This document shows, piece after piece, positions 26,480 to 39,394 of a stretch of DNA of 64,000 bases (positions are counted from its first letter, which is position 1; each line of letters begins with the position of its first letter). The stretch is from Heptranchias perlo (Eukaryota). The position numbers and the translations under genes are program-made. Location: contig NC_090352.1 of assembly GCF_035084215.1 (NCBI RefSeq), positions 17,670,001-17,734,000 of the forward strand, written 5' to 3'. The notes under the pieces are model-generated. The model ran no database searches. It was not told the origin of the DNA and saw only the letters and a list, made by a program, of their open reading frames with translations.

Positions 26480-26950
26480 TCTTTTGAATCTTGGTGGTGT
26501 TCATGCAATATGGTCGTTGGCCATTGACCCAAGCTCTCGGTGGCTCACCACATTAACTCCCCCTCCCATCCTACTCTGACCTGTCAGTGGCTTCATACAC
26601 TGTTTCAACAAAGCTCAACGTAAGTTTCATCTTTCTCCTAGGCACCCTCTAGTCTGAACACTGACTTCAGCTATATGCTCATTTTCAAACCAGTTTTAAT
26701 AACACCATCTCCTGGTGTGAATTCCAATCACACCAGAAGATGGTCTAATTAAAACTGGTTTGAAAAGTTTTAATTTCATACCTATCCCCCCAGGTTTTAC
26801 AGCTCTCCCATATCTCCAGGTCTCCCACTTAGCTGTTCAAAACACGCTTTGTTTCATTAATGTCTTAATACTTGACAGACGAAAACTTGTTTGCTCCTCC
26901 CACAGATGCTGACTGACTTACTGTGTGTTTACAGCATTTTCTGTTTTTGT
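26480..26950 (+). mobile_element. Degenerate Penelope-like 3' fragment (GIY-YIG C-terminus and tail), interrupted by a palindrome
   Basis: SYSDLS..GFIHCFNKAQRK..FIFLLGTL-like sequence, followed by the cacagatgctga..cagcattttctgtttttg tail. Assignment by recall. Confidence 0.5.
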
Positions 26951-27454
26951 TGGGGATGTAACAGTGATTCTCTTTGTCTTACCAAACAATGCGCTCTAAC
27001 TCCTACTCTCAATCTTCCCATTTTATTTTCTTCTCCACTCACTGTCATTTTCAAAACATCCTGGTAAGCTTTATACAGTTTCTGATAATAGCAATTTTAA
27101 TCAGACACAAAGAAGAAAAAAATACACAGCAATGGTAACTTATCAGCATGTTCAGTTTTAATTAGACTGCAATTGTCTTTTAACTTCTTTCATTTCAAGA
27201 CTTTTTCTCCACAAAAAAAAATCTTAATTTAATGAAAGCTTTTGTCTCCTGATGTGGGCAGCGGTTGTTCACACTATACAAAGGAATAGTCGTGCACAAG
27301 AAGAAAGAAAAATGAAAAGGAATGAAAAGAGAAACATCCACTAACATTGCTAAAACATATTATCTGGTCATTGGAGGGAGGAGGCTTATGTGGGGCATAA
27401 ATGTTGGCATAGACCAGCTGGGCCGAATGGCCTTTTTCTGTGCTGTAGTTTTGA

Positions 27455-27622
27455 TTATCTCACTGCTGTTTGTGGGACCTTGCGTGAGCAAATGGGCAAC
27501 TGCATTTCTCTACAATACAATAGCCCACAATTCAAAAGTACTTAATTGGCTGTAAAGAGCTTTGGGACATCCTGAGGTCGTGAAGGTGCTATATAAATGC
27601 AATTCTTTCTTTCTTTCTTTCT
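27455..27622 (+). mobile_element. SINE 3' half (DeuSINE/SacSINE1-like tail)
   Basis: attggctgtaaagagctttgggacatcctgaggtcgtgaaggtgctatataaatgcaattctttctttc; the same tail occurs at 41880-41990. Confidence 0.7.
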
Positions 27623-28464
27623 TAGGCAGAGGAAAATCAGCCCCAGAAACTCCACGATTTTGCCTCTCAATTACAAACAGCCTCTTCTGAAACATAATTA
27701 AGGAAAACTTAATGTACCTGGTAAGCAGCTTGCTAATTACGAACAGCTGCCACTAACTAATCATATTAATGTAAGGAAAGTAATACAAGTAGTAACATCA
27801 AAATGCATCCAGGCCAGATCTGAATGATAGACCAGGATGAATTTTTTGGGGCAGAATACAAAAAAATTCGAAAGAACTCGACTGGATTGGATCCAACCCC
27901 CCCCTTTAATAACACCAATCCGAGAGGAATGCTAAATTCCTCAGCTTCAACTGCTCAATTGCAAGGCTGTGCTACTAACTGTGAAATGTGGTAGCTTAGG
28001 AGGAATCAAAGGCTCATCCAGGTCCAAGGCCAGTTTCAAAGCAAATAAGTCTTGGGAGTCAAGAATCAAAAACATTAAAGCACAACTAGCTGCAAAGATG
28101 GCAAGTGAAGCCATGGCTCAAATATTGAATGTTACAAAAGGGACAGTTCCAGAGGGAAACAGTACAGCAAGTCACAAGTCACAACCAATGTAAATGAATG
28201 AACAAATACTGACTACTCACCAAAGCTATAGATGGTGAGTGCAATTATTTCAAACAATCTTGAAGATTAATGGTAAACTAGAAAGGACCTGCCTGAATAG
28301 GAAGCTCCAGTAATACACAAAGAAAATTGTGATGAGCCTCAGTATCCTTTGACAAGGATCAGTTAGGGTTTTAACGCTTGACTACTTCCGTTAAAGGTTC
28401 TTGGACTTGACACCAATTTGGTTGCAAATAATCTCTATTGAGTTCAACCAAGTCTTGACATACT

Positions 28465-30070
28465 GTGGAGGAAAAATTGGATAGGGGCCATTTTTGGGCA
28501 TAGGTAGCGTGATGTGCTATTATCCCGTGCCCAATGACCCCTGCACAGGCAGGACGCAAGTTTTGGCCCACCCGAGGACTTACCTGCAATCAGCATTCCA
28601 TTCCAGGCCTTGCACATGGAATCAGTGCAATTTGCACTTTCCACCACCAGGGGACCACAATCTCTTAAAGGGAGGATGTTTCTTAGAAATCTCTTAAAGG
28701 TAGCTGGTACCTGTTATTTGCTGAAAATAACAGTCTACTGTCTGCACAGAGTCTGAATGGAGATCAGACATCGCACATGTAAAACACAGATGCAGGTCCC
28801 ATCCCTATGTTTACACACTGATGAGTTATGTTAAAACATTGAATAAAGGTTGCGCACTACTAAATCCCACATCCTCCAATCTGCATGCCAGACCTCACCA
28901 ATCTGCCGATCTGAGTTGGTACCAGGCCTGCGAGAGTGCATGCACCAAGGTTCTCTGCTGATGCATTAGAGACCTTGGTGCAAGAGATGGACAGAAGGAG
29001 GGACATCCTATATCCGCAGGGGGGGCAAGAGGCCCTCCAGACATATACTCAAAAGGTAGAGGGAGGCAGCGGAGAATGAAGTCAATGTCAGGCGCACAGA
29101 ATCATGAACATGGATGCAGTGCAGGAAGAAGTTCAATGATTTGACATGAGTGGTCAAGGTGAGTGAGGTCAACTGTCAGGTGGCATCTCCTACCAACTGC
29201 ACCACGCACTACACCCCCCATCACCCACAATCCAACAAACTCACTCTTTCCATCAGTACTCAACTCTTCCAACCAGGTGCTTCCTCTCACCCTTACACAT
29301 TACCACTGTTTCAAGCCGCCCACCCACAACTCACAGGCCACACACACTGGCAGCTATTCAACCATGACAGGCACATCACCCAGACACATGCGCCGCTTTC
29401 TTGCAGGGGAAGGTGGCGCATACCAGGAGGCAGCAAGTGGCAGTGGCATTTAACCGCTCGAGCCTGTTCCGTCATTCAATGAGATCATGGTGGACCTGTG
29501 ACCTAACTCTATATAGCCGCCATAGCCCGATATCCCTTAATACCCTTGATTCACAGAAATCTATCAATCTCAGATTTAACATTCACAAGTCAGCTCGCAT
29601 CAACTGCCATCTGCAGAAGAGGGTTCCAAACGTTTCCCACCCTTTGTGTGTAGAAGCATTTCCTAACTTCACTCCTGCACGTCCTGGCTCTAAATGTTAG
29701 GCTATGTCCCCGCGTCCTAGTATTGAAGTCTGGGAAACCTCCAAAAACAGTTACAAATGTCTCGGCAGCCAGAAGCAATAATCCAGCCACTAACCTATAA
29801 ATTCCACATTGTCCCTTTGAATAGCACTGGTGGGGAGGTCCTCCAGGCACTCTAAGACACGTTCAGATGGTCGGGGATTAAGACTGTGCGTTGAGTTGAG
29901 CGTTAGACACTATTTTGGGATTCATCACTTTAAATCAGCATTGCACACTGATTGAAGCCATTTTATCCCTACTTTACATGATTCCAGCATTCGTTATCCA
30001 CTCCTGCAGATGTCGGAGAGGCCGTGTAGCGCCGAAATAACAGGCGCTACATGGCCCAAGTTAGCGCCCT
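28465..30070 (+). mobile_element. Non-autonomous Harbinger with a Myb/SANT exon-1/exon-2 relic and a nested CR1 3' end (~29450-29722, -)
   Basis: RVHAPRFSADALETLVQEMDRRRDILYP..KRPSRH..TWMQCRKKFNDLT*VVK then donor GTGAG at 29159; acceptor ttgcAG|GGGAAG (GKVAH) at 29407. Ends are fixed by an interrupted 42-bp tandem duplication. Confidence 0.8.
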
Positions 30071-30789
30071 CAATGTCTTAAGCAATAGTGTTCAACCAAG
30101 TCTTGACACACTCGACGTCTTAAGCAATAGTCATACAGAGAAATAAACAATATTACCCACTGTCGTTCTGTATAGAGAACGTAACGTTCATTGATTCTTT
30201 CGTTCTTGTCTCTCTCTACAAATTGTGGAGGAAAACTTACGATCTTTACAACCATCCCTTAAAAGGAGTTGTTTTTCAATTTCCTAACTGATCTGTTGAT
30301 CACTGTCTTGTTTGTTTGTGATATAGGCTACCCTCTTATCTGGGAGACCTCGGACCCCTTATACAGCATTCCTTGCAAATAAAAGGCCTCACCTTGCTGA
30401 CAAAGCTTTCTCTTACTAAATGTCATCCATACCCTGAAGAATTCTGGGAATGAGCAACTTGACCATTTTATTATTTCTAGCTGCAGTACCAGTCTACAAG
30501 TTGTTTATAAGTGAAAAGAAAGCAAAAACCTTAATCATGTGAGATTAAACCAAATCCTAATCCTGCATATATACGTATATAAGAATAGGATATCTTACAC
30601 CAGCAACCACGGCTGGAAATTACACAAATGCAGACAGGATTGGGTCCACCTATGATGTTGCCACATTTTAATAGCCAATGAGTTTGATCATCTTGGCTTG
30701 CACATGCATGATAATCACAGAAGCAAAGTACTGGAGGTCAGCCCGCACCCATGGAACTGTACCACAGCATGAATGGTCTCCTTCAGGAG

Positions 30790-31248
30790 AGGAATATACC
30801 AGGCCTCAAAGGGTTAAATTATGAGGACAGGTTGCATAAACTTGGCTTGTATTCCCTTGTGTATAGAAGATTGAGGGGTGATCGGATTGAGGTGTTAAAA
30901 GAATTCGATAAGATAGATACAGAGAAGCTATTATCTCTGATGGAGGAAATCAAGAACGAGGCGACATAATCTTAAAATTAAAGCTAGACCATTTCGGAGT
31001 GAAATCAGAAAACACTTTTTCACACAAAGGGTAGCAGAAATCTGGAATTCTCTCCCCAAAAGGCTGTGGATGCTGGGTCAATTGGAGCTTTCAAGACTGA
31101 GATGGCTGGATTCTTGTTGGGTAAGCATATCAAGAGACACAAAACTAAGGTGGGTAAATGGAGTTAAGGTCCAGATCAGGCATGATTTAATTGAATGGCG
31201 GAACAGGCTCAAGGGGATAAATGGCCGATTCCTGTTCTTATGTTCCTA
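30790..31248 (+). mobile_element. CR1 3' fragment
   Basis: IPGLKGLNYEDRLHKLGLYSLVYRRLRGDRIEV; tail ttcttatgttcct. Confidence 0.85.
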
Positions 31249-31637
31249 ATGGGGTCAGGAACTGGAGAATCTGTATTGGTTTGTTTATTTAAAGTATATT
31301 TTAAAAATCAGCAATGGTCAAAGATCAAGTTAAGAGAAGTTCTTTGGTCTGGGTTCTCATTGAAGTTGCTTTTATACTATACAAGACCCGTGATACACGG
31401 GTCTCACGCAGCCGGCTGAAACTCAAAAGGTAATCCTACCAGGTTCACTAAGACCCGATGGAAAAATTGGTTTTCCAGCCGCTGACTTACGCAGGTCCTG
31501 GAAGGTTTACCTTCTGATAATAGCCACCGGTACGAGACCCACACTTCAGGAACTGGCGGTGATCGTATGTGTCTCGCATACTAGAAAAGCAAATATACTG
31601 TAGCGTTGTATACTTCAGAAAGAGACTCAAAGACCTT

Positions 31638-31820
31638 GGGGATAATTTTAACCTAATCTGGCGGGTGGGAAACCCACAGGATCGGGTGGACGGCCAGTTT
31701 TACAGCCCGCCCAATATTACTCTCCATTGGCCTCAATAGGGAGTAAAATCAGGTGAGGTGTAAAACTAACATTGCACCAAAACCCGTCAGTTTCCCGAAG
31801 GTCGGGTTAGGTTACTCCCC
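31638..31820. mobile_element. Palindromic MITE (Harbinger-like)
   Basis: ggggataattttaacctaa...ttaggttactcccc termini; internal symmetry around actctccattggcctcaatagggagt. Confidence 0.6.
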
Positions 31821-31959
31821 TCCCCCACCCCCTCATCTTAGTGAATATAATTAATTTTCTTCAAAGCTAATGAATTGTCCTCAGCAGTGTAACAGCCAAC
31901 AAATTTGTGTCTGGAATTGCTTCTACATGAAGTTTTTTTATCGGATTGATGTCAGACAG

Positions 31960-32820
31960 GAAGGATGAAATTATTACATATCTAGATAAAGAGAAAATAA
32001 TTAGAAGTAACCAGCATGGATTGTGCTAAACAAACTCCATAGAATTCTTTTGAGGAGGTAACAGACATGGTAGATGGGGGAAATGTAGTGGATGCAGTGT
32101 ACATGGACTTTAGACAAGCCTTTGACAAGGTACAACATGGGAGATTACTAGAGAAGATCAATGAGTACGGAACTAGGGGGAGGATAGAAAACTGGATTAA
32201 AAATTGTTTAGAAGGGAGAGAACAGAAAGTAAGAGTTAAGGGCAGTTTTTCAGCAGTTCAAAGTGGGTAGTGATGTCCCACAGGGTTTAGTTCTGAGGCC
32301 ACTTCTGTTCACTGCAGTTATCAATGATTTGAATATAGGCCTGGAGGGAGTGGTATCGAAATTTGCAGATAATACCAAAATAGGAGGTGTAGTTAATTCC
32401 TTAGAAGACTCCAGGAAGCTGTAAAGAGATTGATAAGATTAGGGAATGGGTTAAAAAGTGGCAGATGAAATTCAATGTCAGTAAGTATGAGGTGATGCAT
32501 TTTGGTACAAAAATTAACAGCAGTAACTATAGTCTGAATGGAAGTAGACTCGGTGCTGTGGAAGAACTGAGAGATTTAGAGATACAGGTTCACTGGACAT
32601 TCAAGGCATCACCTCAAGTTGATGAGGTTGTAAAAAAAACTAATGGAATTCTTGGTTTTATCACAAGAGGTGTAGAATATTAAAGCCAATAGGTAATTGT
32701 GGGCCTCTTTAAAACTTTAATAAGACCTCAGTTAGATTGCTGTGTGCAATATTGGGCTCCACATTATAGGAAGGATTTTGAGGCTTTAAAAAAGGTTCAG
32801 TGCAGATTCACAAGGATGGC
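31960..32820 (+). mobile_element. Old CR1 RT fragment
   Basis: VYMDFRQAFDKVQHGRLL..KFADNTK..MKFNVSKYEVMHFG..RPQLDCCVQYWAP, with stops. Confidence 0.88.
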
Positions 32821-33689
32821 GATCTCAAGCCTGCAAACACTGGAGTGTGAAGCCAGCTAGGATTCCAGACAATGTGTGTTTACCTTCCTATTAGTATTCC
32901 ATGGGGTCTTCATGATAGTGTGCTCTGACCTTAACAAAATATAAAGAGAATCTGTGCTCTTAGCAGATGTCAAAATAGCACTGTTGCATTGACCGTGATT
33001 GATTGAATACCTCTGCTTAAAGGAATTAAGGGTTTAAAGCAAATGCATCTTTCTGTGTTCTTTGGTGTTTATTGTATTTCTGAAGGCTACTTCAGATGAA
33101 AAAACTCAGTGAGCACTTGGCTTACACATTACCTTAAATACTTTACATAAGAGCTACAGCAATAGCCTATGTCATCAGAAGAGACAATAATGAGACCTTG
33201 AATGAGCAATGGACCTTTCAAAGAAAGAATGAATTTGATTTTATAAATACAAGTTCTTTCTTTTAAATAGTGCCTTTCATACCCTCTCAATAACCCAAAG
33301 CGCTTCACAGCCAATGAATGACTTTTGATTTGTAGTCACTATGATGTTCTGAATGTATATATTGTATACTGCTACTTGTATTATACAGTTTGTGCTTAAT
33401 AATGTTGCTGCTGTAAATTATTCAAGTGTAAATAAATTTGAATGGGTGTTTGAAATTGTATGAATCTGGTTTCGTGTGTGATATTTTGTAGCATCTGATA
33501 GACTGAAGATATAATGGGATTCCTACGCAAATTGCAGTAAACAAGTTACAGCAGTCAAGCCAACCATGCAGTTATTGCTGCAAGGCAGAAAAATGAAATA
33601 CGTCAATTCAGATCGCAAGGTATACGTTTCACTTATGGAAACTCACCAGGGTATTTGAATGAAAATATAGCATTGTAAATGATGCATTC

Positions 33690-34030
33690 CAAATTATGAG
33701 AGACTTTGAGAAGGTAAATAGTGAAAGATTGTTTCACTGGTTCATGAATCAGTAACAAGGGGGCATCGACTAAGGATTATCACTAGAAGAGTGAAGGGGG
33801 AAATTAGAAGAATTGTTTTCACATAGAGGGCTATCAGTGCACAGAATACTGTACCACAAGGAGCTACTGAAGCAGAGTCTATAACATAATTGAAAAGGGA
33901 ATCAGAGAAGTAGTTGGAAATGAAGAATAAGAAGGGATAAAGGGCAGTGAAATGGGATTAGATTAGATAGCTCCAGTTTGGGAGCTAGCACTGACACAGG
34001 CAGAATTGGCTGCATGACCTCTTACAGTGC
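33690..34030 (+). mobile_element. Old CR1 3' fragment
   Basis: FQIMRDFEKVNSERLF..TRGHRLRI; tail atttcaatgattcta. Confidence 0.6.
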
Positions 34031-34254
34031 TATAATTTCAATGATTCTACGAAGGGAAGAAAAGGGAGTAATGTAATTTTAAATTTCAATTAAAACAAGA
34101 ATCTGAGTTCTAAAATTGAATTTGGATGTTCAGCCCTAGCCCTGAACTGCAATGAATTTCTTAATTACAGTGGAGCACCAGGATCAGGATCCATGATCGA
34201 ATAGTATGCCTGTTCAACATAATGAAAGCCAGCCAAAGTCAGGCCCACAGCATT

Positions 34255-34490
34255 AGCAAGCTAAGTGGTTATGGTACTGGATTAGCAACCCAAAAGTTGT
34301 GAGCTTAAATCCCACATATTGCAAAACTGAATTCAATAAAAATGTTAATTTATGGCAAGGACCATAAAAATTTACCATGAAAGCTGCTGGATTGTTGTAA
34401 AAACCCAACTGGTTCACTAATGTCCTTCAGGGGAGGGAATCTGCCACCGCTACTTGGTCTGACCCATATGTGACTTCAATCCAACACTAT
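34255..34490 (+). mobile_element. tRNA-derived SINE
   Basis: Degenerate A box (gctaagtgg) and B box (gcttaaatccc), then a body with ggattgttgtaaaaacccaactggttcactaatgtccttcagg. Confidence 0.55.
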
Positions 34491-35424
34491 ATAGGAGCAT
34501 AGGAATTGCAAGACAAAAAATGACCAAGGTCCATCTAGTTCGCCTTCTACCATCCTGGTAGTTGGGTGATACAATGATAATGGAGTTGTTGACTAATCAT
34601 AGGAATCAATCTCTCTTAATTAGGGAATGGAAATTGCCAGTGTTGCCCACATCCCAAGAACAAATAAAAATATACCAAGCAGATGTTTTCAGGTTTGGAA
34701 ACCGAACATGGCAGGTCTCCAGCAAGCTGTGTTCTTACGACGAAAGCTAGAATTTCTCAAATTTGATAAAAATAAACCGATTTTTAAAGAGTGTTTATTG
34801 GGAGGGGCTACTTTGTATTGAATGAGCAGTCTCCACCACCATAAATATTACTCTATTTTAATTGAATGAACTGAAAAGATATTAAAATCATCCCAGAAAT
34901 TTCCGACATCTCTATTTGTTTTAAATCCAGAAGGAACATCATGAGTAAGGGAATCTGTGCTGCTCAATACACAGTGCATTCAAATTGATATCAGTCTGAC
35001 TCAGCTATAGCAACATAGGGACTGAAATTCCATTCCTGTATACCAGCAGTGCAGGGATGTGCTGGGCACAAAGGGAGCTGAAATCCGGGATCAGAGATCA
35101 ATGTGCCTGGTTTGTGCTTGCTTAGGGTTTTCCAATGGGCATGCGCTGGGTGTGCAGGAGGTTTGCACTGCTCTGTGGTGCAAGCCTCATTACAGCATTC
35201 ATACGGGGAGTGTTGAGTGTGTGTTCTTGCTGCCCCAGGAATTCTGAAACATTGCACCCTTGGTGCGAGACCAGCACTGTTTGCCTTTAAAGGTTGGAGC
35301 AAAGCAAATTCCTGCAGGCGCAGAGCAACTGAAAGTAGTTTTAAAATTGTCCAGCCTCAAGTTTTGATAAGATCAGTTTTATTTGCAGTTTTTGCTTTGT
35401 TGGTATTGCACCATGGCTTGTTTA

Positions 35425-36060
35425 CATAGAATTATATAGAATTTACAGCACAGAAATAGGCCATTCGGCCCAACTGATCTATGCCAGTGTTTATGCTGCA
35501 CACGAACCTCCTCCCACCATACTTAATCTGACCCTAACTGCACATCCTTCTAATCCTTTCTCCCTCATGTACTTATCTAGCTGCCCCTTAAATACATCAA
35601 TGCTATTCACCTCAATTACTCCATGTGGTAGCAAGTTCTTCATTCTAACTATTCTCTCGGTAAAGAAGCTTCTCCTGAATTCCTTATTGAATTTATTAGT
35701 GACTATCTTATATCTGTGTCCTGTAGCTTTGGACTCCTCTACAAGTGAAAACATCTTTCCTACACCTACCCTACCAAACCCCTTCATAATTTTAAAAACC
35801 TCTATCAGGTCACCTCTCAGTCTTCTCTTTTCTAAAGAAAAGAGCCCCAACCTGTTCAGTCTTTCCAGATAATTATAACCTCTCAGATCTGGTTTCATCC
35901 TTGTAAATCCTTTGCACCTTCTCCAGTTCCTCTATATCCTTTTTGTAACATGGAGACTAGAACTGTGCACAGTACTCTAAGTGTGGTCTAACCAAGGTTC
36001 TATACAAGTTTAACATAACGTCTCTGCTTTTCAATTCTATTCCTCTAGAAATGAACCTTA
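35425..36060 (-). mobile_element. CR1 3' fragment
   Basis: ORF 35491-35898 YLERLNRLGLFSLEKRRLRGDLIEVFKIMKG; tail at 35425. Confidence 0.9.
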
Positions 36061-37109
36061 GTATTTCTTTGGATTGGATGTTTATTTGTTCCCTTTTGTT
36101 TGCTTTCAACTTTGCGTTTGGACCCCCACCATTCAAAATGCTTTGCCTAGCTTAGGCTGCCCTGTCTGATTACTGTCTGAACATTAGCAGTCTGGTATCT
36201 CAGCTCAGTACAAAAGACAGAACAAAATGTTCAGTTTCAAACATCGCTGCTAACAAGAAGTGCAGAAACTGCTCCTGCCCAAGAACTCCCAACCTCTGTG
36301 TTCCAAGTGCGTGACGCAAACTGCGTTAGAAATGCACCGGTTATATGTACATGAAGGGATAGTGGAAAACCTGAGGAAGTCCCTCCTGTGCATTGGCCGC
36401 ATGAAATGCACCAGGCAAAATGTATCAGTGGTGCCGGTGTGTCCATAGCAGAATTTGACCCCCGTAATTCCTGGCAGAATCTGTACATGAGGGCATTTCT
36501 GTTCCAAGTAACTTTTTATATGCCTTAACCTAATTGAATATTAATAACATAAAGCACTATGGTAAATTTCACAAACTGACACTCCCAGCAGAGAGCTTCA
36601 CCCGCCAGGAGTGCCTATTTGGAATTTGAGAACAATAGTCTTGCAGGACTTTTTGTACAAAATGGAGACCTCTGCACCTGAATTCCTGACATGTGCTCCA
36701 AGCATGTAAATGTTCATACTTGGACTGCATACATGAAATGACGGACAGGAAAAGACCCACTCGTCCATGTAGCCTGTCCCACACTGCCTTGTGCATCATA
36801 ATACATACACTCCCCATACCACCCTAAAGCCAAGTGATCTCCTGGGAGAAGCGAAAAACCAGATTAAAAAACCCAGGCCAATTAGGGGGAAAAAATATGG
36901 AAAATTCCTCTCTGGCCCCATTAGGCATATTTGTAAAATTACCCATACTGTTTTAAAGAACAGAAGTTGCATATGATGGATATTTAAAATGGATGTAAAT
37001 GAAAAATATTAAGAAAACATTGCCTCATGCTTTGAACTATATACATAATCTGATGCACAATGAAGTGAAAATCAACTTATTCACTTGTATGCAAGCCTTT
37101 TTTCTGCCA

Positions 37110-37500
37110 ATTTCTTCTCTTTCACTCTTATCCTGATGACATTGAGTCCTTACTAGAGTATGGTTCCACATGCACATGTCAGCTTGTAGCTCCTTGCCCA
37201 ATTGGTTATCACTCATTTTTGAGTGTTAACAGTGAGTGCCAACATACCATTTAACTGAGTGGGGCATCACAGTTGAGATCAATCCTATCTTCACCCATGT
37301 ACTTCTAGCAAGAGAAATTCTATGGCAATCAGGAGCATGACTTTGGCCAATATTCTCTTCCCCAACCAAATGGTGCTAAGGCAAATTGTGGCACATTATC
37401 ACCATGGCCGAGATCAGCAAACTCAGCACAGATTGGGGAATGAAACCAGAACTCTTCTGGTGTATATGGCACAGCCACTCACTGATTCATTGGGGTGCCT
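37110..37500 (-). mobile_element. tRNA-derived SINE (related partial copy at 54110-54310)
   Basis: Shares tatggttcca..gtgagtg..ggggcatcacag..atccta/tcc..tcac with 54130-54310; degenerate B-box-like ggtttcattcccc on the minus strand. Confidence 0.5.
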
Positions 37501-38285
37501 TGATCATTTCCTTAAATAGTTTTGGAATCTTTTTTTCCAACTTACTGACAGTTTGCTTCGACTGTCCTATGCACTCCCAGGCATAGCAAGGTTCAGGTTA
37601 ATGAGGAGTTCTCTTTAACCTGCCCCACAATCTCCCTTAACTCTAACTCCAGAATAGCCCAGATTACTTGACCATTGAGATTTCCAATTTCATGCTGAGT
37701 TATGGGCAGCTAGTTCTGTGGGACCACACGTCTTTAAGAACCAAATAGAAATGCCTTAAATTTATTTTCAATTGGGACTCTTAAAGCCCATGGAGAGAGG
37801 AGACATTCATTTGACTTTGATATTTAGGGATCCTCATGAGATGAGTTCAGGCAATTCCAATCCTGTTTGAACTGAATGGGAGTTGATAACATGCAAGTGC
37901 TCTTTCATTGCAAATGAATAGAATTTAATTTGGCATTTGTATTTACAAAGGCCACAACAAAATAAAATATCAGAATTAAAGTAGATCTCCAAATGGAATA
38001 CTTTTGTGAGTCTGCAGTTGAGGTACTTCATCAGGTCAATAAAGGGACTAGAAGCCTGCCAAGACGCCCGAGTCAAATAAGCTTTACCAGAGAGTGCACA
38101 ATGCCTTCACTGAGTACTTCCAAGCAATGCCATCCTTCATGTTGATAGGCTGCATTCTACTTCCATTTGATAAACTCAATTGTTAAACAATGTATCAAAT
38201 ATTGTCACAAATCAACCAAAAGGGGAAAACAAAACTGAAGATGATGATATTGCCATTAGCACATGGAGCATGTGTTGTCACTTAC

Positions 38286-38469
38286 CTATTTGGTCGATAG
38301 TCTGGGATGGATCGATCCAGTGAAATCCTGTTACTCAGATATGTATTGTATCCATATTTTTCATATGCTCCTGTAGCTTCTCTTTCTTCTTCAGTAGTGA
38401 GTGTAGCAGGCAATCCTCCCTGTCCTCGTCCACCAAACCCTTCAATGAGCCCAAGTGATTTTGACAAGC
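38286..38469 (-). CDS. GALNT17: Polypeptide N-acetylgalactosaminyltransferase 17, coding exon 2 (stem region)
   Basis: Translates (G)LSKSLGLIEGFGGRGQGGLPATLTTEEEREATGAYEKYGYNTYLSNRISLDRSIPDYRPN(R), matching recalled GALNT17/WBSCR17 (GLSKSLGLIEGYGGRGKGGLPATL...KYGYNSYLSEKISLDRSIPDYRP) better than GALNT9. Acceptor ccactttAG|GC, donor AG|GTAAGT; 184 bp, phase 1 to phase 2. Confidence 0.93.
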
Positions 38470-39394
38470 CTAAAGTGGGAGTCAACATAACATAGACCAT
38501 TATGAAAATGGTATACTATAAGCAAATAATTTACAAGTTTTATGTCCTATATTTCAGAATCTACTTATTCCTCAGGAAAGAAAAACAATCATAAACATAC
38601 GGATATGGTGCATGAGAGCTTAATGCAGATCCAAGCCAAAAAAAATAAAATAAAATCCTATCCAAGTTCTGTAGTTCAGGGGAGGCCCACCCCTTACATC
38701 AGCATGGTTTGACAAGAATGAAAAAATCAAAAGAAGCAGAGTCCAGATTTCGCCTGTAGTACAGACTCCAGGGGGAAAAATTGAGCCTCGCTGTGCCCGT
38801 TTTTTGGACACAGAGCAGAGGGCAAAAAGCAACGATTTCTCAGTGCTGTCTCCCACATCCTAAGGGCGCCTGAAATACAGTCCGATGTCATATTGGGCTG
38901 GTGGTTATTCAGGCATCACTTGTGGATGTTTAAAACATTCATTAGGCCCCTTGCATATGTAAATCAAAGGCCTAACACCTGTTTCAAGACCTTACCCAGA
39001 AATTCATTAGGACTGAGCAGAGCAGGCGCCAGGTTTTTGGGTGCTTTAGTGGCCGAATTAGCAGTCCTTAAAGGGACTGCAGCAGGCCGCCGTCAAAAAG
39101 GTAGTTTCTTTTAAACTTACCTTCATGTGGAGCCAGGAGGATCAGGAGTGCTCCCCCCAGCTCCACAGCATTACTGCAGGCCAATATCGGCTCGCACTAG
39201 CCCCCCTCCCGTTCTCCCCACTCCCCCAAGGGCTGCTTACCTGAAGGCCACTGCCAGTGAGGCAGCCGGCCCAAATTGGTCAACTTCAAACTGGCTAGCT
39301 GCCTCTGGATGCCCGATTGGCATCTACTGCTCGCTGAAAATGTGCTGATGAGGTCCGAGGCTCGAGACCTAATTTTGGTCGAGCCTCGGGCCTT

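Noticed and set aside
38470-38500. ATG-initiated start MVYVMLTPTL of ORF 38282-38500
   Set aside because: Lies upstream of the splice acceptor. The true exon 1 (signal anchor) was not found and is presumably beyond the window's right end.
39344-39393. CTGATGA followed by a GGTC/GACC stem and the hairpin ccgaggctcga/tcgagcctcgg
   Set aside because: No GAAA after the stem, so not a hammerhead; more likely an internal palindrome of the surrounding MITE.
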